From: a virus
Lineage: Duplodnaviria > Caudoviricetes
DNA length: 56,089 bases
IMG/VR virus record: IMGVR_UViG_3300042866_000291
Coordinates: 1 to 56,089 of that record
Reading direction: 5' to 3' (one strand)
Positions within the stretch are counted from its first letter, which is position 1; each line of letters begins with the position of its first letter. Below, piece by piece: positions 35,457 through 44,171 of the stretch. A program made the position numbers and the translations under genes. Under the pieces are notes generated by a model. It was given only the letters and a program-made list of their open reading frames with translations, searched no databases and was not told where the DNA came from.

Positions 35457-36028
35457 CCCCCTACTCTTTGCCCATAGAGCCCTTCGTTTGGTGGGAGAAC
35501 GGCTTTACAGAGCAGGAACTGAACTGGCTTCAAGAGCAGGCTGTCAAGGCTAATCAGCAGGCGCAAGTTGGGGGCGATCCACAGGGTGCAGATTTGGCGA
35601 AAATTCGCCGGTCGCAAGTGTCCTGGCTGGATAAGAATCAAGACACCGCGTGGGTGTTCCATAAACTCGGACACATCGCTTCCTCCCTCAACGCTCAATA
35701 CTATCGGTTTGATCTGACGGGTTTTGGCGAAGCCTTGCAATTGACCAACTACGATCACTCTGAACAAGGGATGTACGGATGGCATCAGGACTACGGCGGG
35801 AAGCTCAGCCCCAGTCGGAAACTCAGTCTAGTTCTTCAACTGACCGACCCGAGCCAGTACGAGGGGGGAAACCTCCAAGTAATTACTTCTGGTCAGCCGC
35901 AAACCGTTCGCAAGCAGCGGGGTCTGGTGGCAGCATTCCCTTCGTATGTACTCCACCAAGTAACCCCCGTGACAAGCGGTAACCGTCAATCTCTTGTGGC
36001 TTGGGTATCTGGCCCCGCATTCCGATGA
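35441..36028 (+). CDS. PKHD-type 2OG-Fe(II) oxygenase (prolyl-hydroxylase-like)
   Basis: GTG start after AAGGAG; YGWHQD...RKLS...YEGG...FPSYVLHQVTPVTSGNRQSLVAW. Confidence 0.88.
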   Translation: MQHVLTPYSLPIEPFVWWENGFTEQELNWLQEQAVKANQQAQVGGDPQGADLAKIRRSQVSWLDKNQDTAWVFHKLGHIASSLNAQYYRFDLTGFGEALQLTNYDHSEQGMYGWHQDYGGKLSPSRKLSLVLQLTDPSQYEGGNLQVITSGQPQTVRKQRGLVAAFPSYVLHQVTPVTSGNRQSLVAWVSGPAFR

Positions 36029-36621
36029 ACGCTGAATACAAAGACTTTATTGCCGTCTACCGGGATGTATACCCGGAGGGGTACTGCCAGCACTTAATCT
36101 CAGAGTTTGAGCGGTTGGTTGGCTCTGGGGCGGGGACTAACCGTCAGCAACACGAGTACTCCCACAAACACCACAAGAACGACATGCAGTTGGGGCTGAA
36201 TTTTGGCGTTCACACTGTCGGCGGGTTCAATGGGGAGGCTGCGACGAGGATTTTCTTTAACGGGCTGCAACGCTGTTACGAGCACTACACTGAGCAGTTT
36301 TCGCCGTTACGTGAAGGAAAGATCCGGGGTACAGCCATGAAGATGCAGCGCACCGATCCTGGAGGCGGCTACCATCTTTGGCATGCGGAGCAAGGTAATG
36401 GCGAACATGCAGAGCGTGTTTTGGTCTATATGCTCTACTTGAACACGCTTACCGAAGAGCAGGCTGGGGAAACTGAGTTTCTTTATCAACAGCGCCGTTT
36501 GCGTCCTGAAGAGAACACACTGATAATCTGGCCTGCGGCATTTACGCACACACATCGTGGTAACACCGTATTTGGTGATCAAAGCAAATACATTGTGACT
36601 GGATGGTTTTATTATGACTGA
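36025..36621 (+). CDS. 2OG-Fe(II) oxygenase (prolyl 4-hydroxylase-like)
   Basis: GGYHLWHAE...YLN...GETEF...WPAAFTHTHRG...KYIVTGW. Confidence 0.88.
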   Translation: MNAEYKDFIAVYRDVYPEGYCQHLISEFERLVGSGAGTNRQQHEYSHKHHKNDMQLGLNFGVHTVGGFNGEAATRIFFNGLQRCYEHYTEQFSPLREGKIRGTAMKMQRTDPGGGYHLWHAEQGNGEHAERVLVYMLYLNTLTEEQAGETEFLYQQRRLRPEENTLIIWPAAFTHTHRGNTVFGDQSKYIVTGWFYYD

Positions 36622-37201
36622 CGCTGAATTTTTTGATACTAATGGGTGTGTCAGGGTAAATAATTTTATTGACCCCGCAACCATCAGCATAGTTTCCCGG
36701 TATCTTGAAAACAAAATAGTTCGTGGTGAGTGGACTGAAAGCGCGAGCAAACAGGATCCGACTTCGCGCCTAGCATATTACGCGGACCCGCTAATCGAGG
36801 TATTGCTGCAAGAATGTAAAACGGCTGTCGAAGAGGCAACCGGCAAAACCTTGATACCGACATATTCTTATGCACGTGTCTATCAGCCGGGAGAGCAATT
36901 AAAGCCGCATGTGGACAGACCTGCATGTGAAATTAGTGTGACCATTAACGTGGCCACCAAAGGCTCTTTTTCACCTATTTACACACAATATAAAAACAAT
37001 GCTCCCGAAGAGCATGTCCTGAATCCGGGAGATGCGGTTATATATAAGGGGTGCGAAGCACTGCACTGGCGTCACCCGCTGGGTGAGGACCAACTCAACG
37101 TGCAGTTCATGCTGCACTACGTGGATAAAGACGGGCCAAATACCGATCACGCAAAAGACAAACGCGCTCGATACGGTATGAGTACCCGCGCAAGGAGTTA
37201 A
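36614..37201 (+). CDS. 2OG-Fe(II) oxygenase-like
   Basis: PTYSYARVY...LKPHVDRPACEISVT...GDAVIYKG...HWR...MLHYV. Confidence 0.82.
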   Translation: MTDAEFFDTNGCVRVNNFIDPATISIVSRYLENKIVRGEWTESASKQDPTSRLAYYADPLIEVLLQECKTAVEEATGKTLIPTYSYARVYQPGEQLKPHVDRPACEISVTINVATKGSFSPIYTQYKNNAPEEHVLNPGDAVIYKGCEALHWRHPLGEDQLNVQFMLHYVDKDGPNTDHAKDKRARYGMSTRARS

Positions 37202-37203
37202 CG

Positions 37204-38271
37204 ATGCCCGCAGGAACACCAAAAGTAAATTTATTCGGGGGCAAGACTGTTGTCCCCGGTGGTTCGCAGACATTTAACTCTTCTGGCACATTTACTGTGC
37301 CTCTTGGAGTTACAAAAGTTACTGTAGCCGGACGAGGCGGCACTGGTAACTCCGGTAATCCCGGCAACCCATCCCCAGGTTCTCCTGGTATTGCTAAAGG
37401 TGCTGGTGGCGGCGGTGGCGGCGGGATTACGCTTTACTGCTCAGTCAATAATACGCCTGTTGGTACTTATACCTTTGGAGGCCCCGGCGGGAATGGTGGA
37501 GGGCCTTCACCTGCCCCCGGTGGTTCTGGAAGTTACGGAAATGCCGGTACTCCTGGTACCGCCGGTAATCCTGGCGGTATTGGTAATCCCGGTACTCCTG
37601 GTACCGCCGGTGGGACTTCTTTTGCGCTCTGCTATAACTTTCCTGGTGGTGGCGCAGGGAATGGTGGTAACGCAGGCACAAGCGGTACCGGGGGTCTTGC
37701 CGCTGCCGGTGGTGGTGCTGGCTATTGGTACCAAAATCCGGTATACCCATGCAGTTCTTTTGGCGGTAATGGAGGTTTAGGTGCTGGAGGAAACGGGGGC
37801 GGTACTGGATGGAACGCATGCGGCGCGAGCGGTAATGCTGACGGCGGTGGTGGCGGTGCGGGTTCTTGTAATCCTGGCACCCCGGGACGTTATCCTCCGT
37901 GTGGTCCAGGAAACTCTAGGCAAGGGGGTAACGTCGGAGGTGGCCCCGGCGGAAATCTTTACTACAACAACGGCCAACCCGGGCAGCCGGCTCCTGCCAG
38001 TCCCAGTCCTTGCTGTCAGCGTGCAGGCGGTGGTGGCGGTGGTGGTAGCCAGTATCCTTTTCCTAGCTATTACGGCTGCGTGATGATTTACGGCGCGGGT
38101 GGTGGCGGGGGCGGTCGAGGCAATACTGCAAGTCCTGCAAACTCAGGCAATCCAGCTAATCCTGTGATACCCGGAACTTACCCGTGCGTGTCAGTAACGC
38201 CCGGAGGTTCTTACCCAATTACTGTTGGCAATCCTGGGGGACAAGTTACCATTTCTTGGAATCCGCAATGA
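37204..38271 (+). CDS. Gly/Pro/Asn/Cys-rich fibre or adhesin protein
   Basis: QTFNSSGTFTVPLGVTKV...GGGGG runs...VTPGGSYPITVG; Gly-X-Y run; 10 Cys. Confidence 0.75.
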   Translation: MPAGTPKVNLFGGKTVVPGGSQTFNSSGTFTVPLGVTKVTVAGRGGTGNSGNPGNPSPGSPGIAKGAGGGGGGGITLYCSVNNTPVGTYTFGGPGGNGGGPSPAPGGSGSYGNAGTPGTAGNPGGIGNPGTPGTAGGTSFALCYNFPGGGAGNGGNAGTSGTGGLAAAGGGAGYWYQNPVYPCSSFGGNGGLGAGGNGGGTGWNACGASGNADGGGGGAGSCNPGTPGRYPPCGPGNSRQGGNVGGGPGGNLYYNNGQPGQPAPASPSPCCQRAGGGGGGGSQYPFPSYYGCVMIYGAGGGGGGRGNTASPANSGNPANPVIPGTYPCVSVTPGGSYPITVGNPGGQVTISWNPQ

Positions 38272-38795
38272 ACAAGAAGCAACTGCAAAAGCACATGGAG
38301 GAGATAGACCGCTCCATGACGGCTGAGAACCGTATGGGTGATCTTCGCCGCGCGCGTTCGGTTACTGTTGGCACTGCGTTTGGTGGCACCACGGAGTTGA
38401 TGCTCCGTGGCAATGACGGCAACGTCATCTGGGCCATCATGCAGCCGGTGGAAGTAGTTGAGTTGATCCATCAACTTGCTGCCAATGTAGGCTGCCACAT
38501 ACACCTTCAGCCGCGCAATGATTTTGCCAGTTGGAGGCATTGGAAAAATACGGACGAAGAACTCAAGCACTACCGTTACGGAGGAGCGGCGCTTCTTAGT
38601 CCTGGAGCCGGGCACCCTCCTCACGTAAACGACATGGCCCCGCATCAGCATATTGGGCAAAATCTTCCTGCCCCCGAGCAGCAGCCCGGACTTCAACCCG
38701 CCTTGATGGCAAGGAGTAATGAAAATGAGCAAACTCTGGCAACTCAAAAAACTGTCGGACGGAAGCGCACTAAACGAGCCGCAGCCTCTGCCTGA
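38268..38795 (+). CDS. Hypothetical protein
   Basis: ATGA overlap; SVTVGTAFGGTTE...QPVEVVELIHQLAA. Confidence 0.65.
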   Translation: MNKKQLQKHMEEIDRSMTAENRMGDLRRARSVTVGTAFGGTTELMLRGNDGNVIWAIMQPVEVVELIHQLAANVGCHIHLQPRNDFASWRHWKNTDEELKHYRYGGAALLSPGAGHPPHVNDMAPHQHIGQNLPAPEQQPGLQPALMARSNENEQTLATQKTVGRKRTKRAAASA

Positions 38796-39114
38796 AAACT
38801 GGGGGCCGATCTTCGGTCTTCACGGATTCATCGATCAGATCGGTGATCTGAGTTGGCTCGGCGAAGCGTATAACGACATGGGTTGGGTTGAGGTAGGCGA
38901 CGCGCCTCCTGGCCCAGCCGTTTCTTCTACTGCCAGCCTTGCCTGGGACCGCGCCAAGAAACTGTTGGCCGAGTCCGACTGGGCGATGCTGCCTGATATC
39001 CCGATGACTTCAGAGAAGAAGGCGGCATGGATTGAGTACCGTCGAGTGCTGCGCGATATTCGCATGCAGTCGGGCTTTCCAGAAGACATCAAGTGGCCCA
39101 GTCGTCCTGAGTGA
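38725..39114 (+). CDS. Tail fibre assembly chaperone
   Basis: LLAESDW...PD...W..YR..LRDI..Q.GFP..I.WP..P. Confidence 0.8.
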   Translation: MSKLWQLKKLSDGSALNEPQPLPENWGPIFGLHGFIDQIGDLSWLGEAYNDMGWVEVGDAPPGPAVSSTASLAWDRAKKLLAESDWAMLPDIPMTSEKKAAWIEYRRVLRDIRMQSGFPEDIKWPSRPE

Positions 39115-39341
39115 ACAAGTACACGATCCGGTTCAACAAGTCACGCGGACAACCGGGTCGTGGCTCCATGCTCCATGTCTGGCGCGTGTTTGAGGGCGAG
39201 CGGGAAATCTTGGCTAAGAACGTCCGTATTACTGTGCCATCCTGGACGGAACTGGACGCTAATGGGCAGGACTACAACATCGCGTGCCGGGGGCGCATGA
39301 TGTTTTTTGAAGATACAGACACGGTAGTGATCATGGAGTAA
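39111..39341 (+). CDS. Hypothetical protein
   Basis: RFNKSRGQPGRGSMLHVWRVFE. Confidence 0.7.
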   Translation: MNKYTIRFNKSRGQPGRGSMLHVWRVFEGEREILAKNVRITVPSWTELDANGQDYNIACRGRMMFFEDTDTVVIME

Positions 39342-39343
39342 GC

Positions 39344-39709
39344 ATGGAAGAAACTAAACCTGCTGAGACAGCTAAGGAAGTTGCCGGTAAGTCTATCGGC
39401 AGGTTTGGCCTCTTCTACATCACCCTGATCGTTCTGATCGGGGTGGGTTCCTCCTACTTCCTGTCCGACTCGGCCATCACAGCCGTGATGACGATGATTG
39501 GTGGTGCCCTGGTCGCGCTCATCAACATGATGAACGGTATCGCCGGTACTGCTGAGAAGCAGGAAAAGCCAGAGTTCAAGGTCATCCAGACCCTGATCGA
39601 CAAGTTGGACCGCCTGGACAAGCCCGAGCAGCCCATGCGCGTGACAGTGCAAGGAGACAAAGTCACGGTCACCAAGGGCGACGACACCGTAACGGCCACG
39701 AGGGAATAG
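39344..39709 (+). CDS. Membrane protein (2 TM)
   Basis: Two hydrophobic helices, upstream of lysozyme. Confidence 0.65.
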   Translation: MEETKPAETAKEVAGKSIGRFGLFYITLIVLIGVGSSYFLSDSAITAVMTMIGGALVALINMMNGIAGTAEKQEKPEFKVIQTLIDKLDRLDKPEQPMRVTVQGDKVTVTKGDDTVTATRE

Positions 39710-39711
39710 TC

Positions 39712-39987
39712 ATGGCATGGTCAGACGTACTCAAGGCAGTCATACCCATCGTGGTGGCTGCACTCGCATGGCTACTGGGGCAGGTTGCATCCTTCTCTGA
39801 GCGTCTGACCAAGATAGAGGGTGCAATGCCCGCTCTTATCACCAAAGAAGGCGTGCCCACTGACAGCCCCATAAGCGCAGAGCGCAGACAGATTCAAAAA
39901 GAACAGTTGATGGCGCACATCAACGAACTGCAAGTCAAGGTCAGGCTGCTTGAGGAACGCGAAAAGATGTTGAAGGGGCCTAAGTAA
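39712..39987 (+). CDS. Membrane/coiled-coil protein
   Basis: N-terminal TM then coiled coil. Confidence 0.65.
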   Translation: MAWSDVLKAVIPIVVAALAWLLGQVASFSERLTKIEGAMPALITKEGVPTDSPISAERRQIQKEQLMAHINELQVKVRLLEEREKMLKGPK

Positions 39988-40469
39988 TGTTTGAAATCCT
40001 CAGTGGGGGCCTGCTTGGCTCCATCTTCGGTGGTCTGTTCCGGCTTGCCCCGGAAGTCCTGAAGTTCATGGACAAGGGCAACGAGCGCAAGCATGAATTG
40101 GCGATGTTTACTCTCCAGACCGATCTGGAGAAGATGCGCGGCCAGTTCAAGATGGAAGAGAAGTACGTTGACTACAGCGTCAACCAACTCGATGCCATCA
40201 AGGAAGCCTTCAAGGAGCAGGCCACGACTGCCAAAGAAGCCGGATGGTTTGTGGCGGCGATCTCTGCCCTTGTCCGCCCCGGCATCACTTGGGCGCTGTT
40301 CTTCATGTATGCCACGGTCAAGGCTGCGGCCATCTACATGGCGTTTCAGACTGGCGGGCACTGGTCTGAGGTGATGACCCGGGTCTGGGATGCCGACGAC
40401 TTCGCCATGCTCAACATGTGCCTGACGTTCTGGTTCGTTGGAAGAAGCATTGAGAAGTACCAGAAGTGA
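39987..40469 (+). CDS. Putative holin
   Basis: SALVRPGIT...FWFVGRS, multiple TM, adjacent to endolysin. Confidence 0.6.
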   Translation: MFEILSGGLLGSIFGGLFRLAPEVLKFMDKGNERKHELAMFTLQTDLEKMRGQFKMEEKYVDYSVNQLDAIKEAFKEQATTAKEAGWFVAAISALVRPGITWALFFMYATVKAAAIYMAFQTGGHWSEVMTRVWDADDFAMLNMCLTFWFVGRSIEKYQK

Positions 40470-40936
40470 CCACGGAAGCCATCAAGCTGGCGGGCGACAT
40501 CTTGGTCAAGCCCTTTGAGGGCTACGCCAAACGCTTGTCAAACGGTGACTGCACTGCGTATCCCGACCCGGGTACAAACGGCGATCCTTGGACTATTGGG
40601 TGGGGCTGCACCGGCCCCGGCATTCAGCCCGGTACGATCTGGACGGTAGAAACCGCTCAGATAGAGCTTGACAAGCACTTGCTGCACTTCTGTGCGGGGG
40701 TGCTAAGGCTATCCCCAATACTGATCAAACAGCCCGCCAGACGCCTTGCCGCAATCATCAGTTTCGCGTATAACGTGGGTTTAGGAAACTACCGCATTTC
40801 CACGCTGAAAAAGCGGGTAGACGCTCAGGATTGGGCGGGCGCGTGCGAAGAGATCGTCAAGTGGAATAAGGCCGCAGGCCGCGTACTCAGGGGGTTGACC
40901 CGTAGACGCGAAGCTGAAGCCGCACTCTTGAGATAG
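40466..40936 (+). CDS. Endolysin, GH24 lysozyme
   Basis: FEG...AYPD...WTIGWG...SFAYNVG...KWNKAAGRVLRGLTRRREAE. Confidence 0.92.
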   Translation: MTTEAIKLAGDILVKPFEGYAKRLSNGDCTAYPDPGTNGDPWTIGWGCTGPGIQPGTIWTVETAQIELDKHLLHFCAGVLRLSPILIKQPARRLAAIISFAYNVGLGNYRISTLKKRVDAQDWAGACEEIVKWNKAAGRVLRGLTRRREAEAALLR

Positions 40937-40938
40937 CC

Positions 40939-42774
40939 ATGCCCCTACAGAAAATTTTATTCAAGCCCGGAGTCAACCGCGAGAACACGCGGTACACCAC
41001 TGAGGGCGGATGGTACGACTGTGACAAGGTACGTTTCCGCCAAGGCACGCCTGAAAAATTGGGCGGGTGGCAACGCATTTCAGCCAACACGTTTTTCGGT
41101 ATCTGCCGGTCGATGTGGAACTGGGTGACGCTGCAAAGCGAAAACTTGCTTGGGCTTGGGACAAACCTAAAGTTTTACATTGAGCGCGGTGGCGTCTATT
41201 ACGACATCACGCCTTTGCGCACCACGACCACACTGGGCGCCGACCCCTTCACAGGCAACGGCACGACTACGGTTACGGTAACTGCGCCTTCTCATGGCGG
41301 CATCACGGGGGACTTCGTGACTTTCAGCGGAGTCACGGGCACCTACGCTTCTATCCTCAATACTGAGTTCCAAATAACAGTCACAGGCGTCAACACGTAT
41401 ACCATTATCACGCCTTCTGTTGTTGCGGCAGGCGCAACAGGTGGCGCTGCTGTATCTGCTGCCTATCAGATCAATGTCGGCCCTGAAATTGAAGTTCCGC
41501 TGACGGGCTGGGGGTCAGGCGTTTGGGGTGCGGGTACATGGGGTTTTGGTTCTCCTAGCACTACGCAAACATCTATTCGTTTGTGGAGCCAAGCAAACTT
41601 TGGTGAGGACTTGATCTTTTCTCCACGTAAAGGCGGAATCTACTACTGGGACAATACAACGGGGGTGAACGTGCGGGCGGGACTCTTGTCTTCGCTACCC
41701 GGCGCATCTGATGTTCCCGTCATCAACAACATTGTCTTTGTGTCGGACGTAAATCGGTTTGTGTTTTCGTTTGGGTGCAATGACTATGGCGCGTCTGTTA
41801 TCGATCCTATGCTGATCCGTTGGTCGGCTCAGGAAGACGCGGTTGATTGGACGCCTGTTGCCACTAACCAAGCCGGAAGCGTGCGGATATCCCACGGGTC
41901 TGAGATTGTGGCCGTTGTGCAGGCTCGTCAGGAAATTGTGGTGTTTACTGACTCTGCCCTGTACTCGCTGCAATATCTGGGTCCGCCGATTGTCTGGGGT
42001 GTGCAGCTTCTCGGGGACAACATCTCAATCTTGAGTCAGAACGCAGCGTGTATTGCTTCTGGTGTTGTGTACTGGATGGGTGTGGACAAGTTCTACCAGT
42101 ACGATGGCCGTGTGCAAACGCTCCCTTGCGATGTGCGCCGTTACGTCTTTAGTGATTTCAACACTACGCAAGCGGGGCAGGTATTTGCCGGTACAAACGA
42201 AGGCTTCAACGAAGTCTGGTGGTTTTACTGCTCAGCAGGCTCTACGACAGTGGACCGGTACGTGGTCTACAACTACTTGGAGCGCATCTGGTACTACGGC
42301 ACTATGGCCAGGACGGCGTGGCTTGACTCAGGTTTGCGTGATTACCCGATGGCTGCGACCTACAACCATAACATTGTCAATCACGAGCAGGGGATCGATG
42401 ACAACGAAACAGGCACGCCTATTGCAATCAACTCCAACATGTCGTCGGCTGAGTTCGACATTGGCGATGGGCACAACTTTGGGTTTGTGTGGCGAATGTT
42501 GCCGGACATCACGTTTGAGAACTCTACCGCTGGATCGCCCACCGTCAACATGACGCTCTTTGGGCTGTATAACTCAGGATCTGGCAGTATCGACAGTTCC
42601 ACCAAGCCGGTGGTCAAGGGCAGCACGTATGTGATTACTGAGGAGTTCACCGGTCAGATTTATACCCGTGTGCGTGGGCGGCAGTTGATTTTTAAGGTGG
42701 ACTCCAACACACTAGGGACAACGTGGCAGCTTGGCGCACCACGGATCGACATTCGTCAGGATGGACGTAGATGA
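40939..42774 (+). CDS. Tail nozzle/packaged-DNA stabilisation protein (P22 gp10 / tubular B-like)
   Basis: 611 aa, beta-propeller-like (IRWS, YWMG, EVWWFY), ends DGRR. Confidence 0.7.
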   Translation: MPLQKILFKPGVNRENTRYTTEGGWYDCDKVRFRQGTPEKLGGWQRISANTFFGICRSMWNWVTLQSENLLGLGTNLKFYIERGGVYYDITPLRTTTTLGADPFTGNGTTTVTVTAPSHGGITGDFVTFSGVTGTYASILNTEFQITVTGVNTYTIITPSVVAAGATGGAAVSAAYQINVGPEIEVPLTGWGSGVWGAGTWGFGSPSTTQTSIRLWSQANFGEDLIFSPRKGGIYYWDNTTGVNVRAGLLSSLPGASDVPVINNIVFVSDVNRFVFSFGCNDYGASVIDPMLIRWSAQEDAVDWTPVATNQAGSVRISHGSEIVAVVQARQEIVVFTDSALYSLQYLGPPIVWGVQLLGDNISILSQNAACIASGVVYWMGVDKFYQYDGRVQTLPCDVRRYVFSDFNTTQAGQVFAGTNEGFNEVWWFYCSAGSTTVDRYVVYNYLERIWYYGTMARTAWLDSGLRDYPMAATYNHNIVNHEQGIDDNETGTPIAINSNMSSAEFDIGDGHNFGFVWRMLPDITFENSTAGSPTVNMTLFGLYNSGSGSIDSSTKPVVKGSTYVITEEFTGQIYTRVRGRQLIFKVDSNTLGTTWQLGAPRIDIRQDGRR

Positions 42775-44141
42775 GTTTCATCATTGAAGATGCCATCGTT
42801 CCTGCGCCCCCTAACCTACCTCTGGCCCCACGGGACTATGAGTCGCGTTACCACGAGCAGTTTAATAACGTCTTACGTCTTTACTTCAACCGACTTGATG
42901 CACTACTAAGGCAAATAGTGACAACCCCATCCCCCATACCAATTTCAATTGGCGGCACCAATACGGATGCCTTTGGGCGGCTGCGGGTCAGTCAGCCCTA
43001 CACGCTCTTCGACAGCCAAAACCGCTACGCCGCAGACAATCAGTTTGATGTAGCTACAACCGGTACGGGTACAACTACGTTCCTGTCCGACGAAGCGGCG
43101 GTCAAGATGGAGGTTACGGCGGGCGGTGTTGGTTCCGTTACGCGCCAGACATACCGCTCCTTTCCGTATCAGCCCGGTAAGGGTCTGTTGGTACTTGCCA
43201 CCTTCGTGATGGATAGCAGCATGAGCTTGAACCTTACGCAGCGCGTGGGGTACTACAACGACAGCAACGGCGTGTTTTTCCAGCGCATCGATGGCACTTA
43301 CTCGTTTGTGCTGCGCTCTTCGGTCACGGGTTCTCCATCGGATGTTCGCACGGTTAATCAGGCCAACTGGAACGGCGACAAACTGGATGGTACGGGTGAT
43401 TTAGGGTATACCCTAGACCCGTCCAAAGCGCAGATTTTGTGGATGGACTTTGAGTGGCTCGGCGTCGGATCAGTCCGGTGCGGCTTCATCATTAACGGAG
43501 AGTACATCGTCTGCCACACTTTCAACAACGCCAACGAGATCACCAACGTCTACATGACCACGGCCATTCTGCCGGTACGGTACGAGATCAAGACGGTGAC
43601 TTCTGCGGTGGCGGCTTCGATGAAGGCTATCTGCTGCTCAGTGGTGTCTGAGGGCGGGTTTGAGCAGACTTCTATCGACCATGTGGCGCGGCGTACGGCG
43701 ATACTGGGTACCATCGGCACGACTTTCCTCCCGCTCGTCTCTATCCGGCTTGCGTCAACCCGACTCGGTGCGGTTGTCCTTCCCAACCGGGTGCAGGTGC
43801 TACCTACTACCAGTCAGAACTATGAGGTGGCACTCATCAAGAACCCCACTTTGACAGGCGCGACCTGGGCCGCTACGGTGCCTTCGGACTCAAATGTGGA
43901 GTACGACGTAGCGGCTACGGCCATGACCGGGGGCACTATTGTGCAGACGGACTACGTGACTTCTTCGGGCTCCGGTGGAGTGGGCAATACGAGTGCTGCC
44001 ACGGGGTACAACTTTGACTTGCAGTTGGGCGCTTCCCTTGCGGGGGTGAGCGACATTTACACCTTGGCCGTCAGAACTGTGTCCGGGGCAACTACGGGCG
44101 ATGCGGTTGGATCGCTGTCTTTTTATGATCTAACTCAATAA
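42771..44141 (+). CDS. Putative virion protein with large beta-sandwich domain
   Basis: LRLYFNRLD N-terminus; DAFGRLRVS...YQPGK...EWLGVGSVR. Confidence 0.65.
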   Translation: MSFIIEDAIVPAPPNLPLAPRDYESRYHEQFNNVLRLYFNRLDALLRQIVTTPSPIPISIGGTNTDAFGRLRVSQPYTLFDSQNRYAADNQFDVATTGTGTTTFLSDEAAVKMEVTAGGVGSVTRQTYRSFPYQPGKGLLVLATFVMDSSMSLNLTQRVGYYNDSNGVFFQRIDGTYSFVLRSSVTGSPSDVRTVNQANWNGDKLDGTGDLGYTLDPSKAQILWMDFEWLGVGSVRCGFIINGEYIVCHTFNNANEITNVYMTTAILPVRYEIKTVTSAVAASMKAICCSVVSEGGFEQTSIDHVARRTAILGTIGTTFLPLVSIRLASTRLGAVVLPNRVQVLPTTSQNYEVALIKNPTLTGATWAATVPSDSNVEYDVAATAMTGGTIVQTDYVTSSGSGGVGNTSAATGYNFDLQLGASLAGVSDIYTLAVRTVSGATTGDAVGSLSFYDLTQ

Positions 44142-44171
44142 AATGGCTTTAACTTTTTATCTGGGGGCCGT

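Noticed and set aside
37204-38271. Diversity-generating retroelement target in the Asn-rich fibre
   Set aside because: No reverse transcriptase and no template/variable repeat pair seen; the short internal repeats just encode GTPGTAG.
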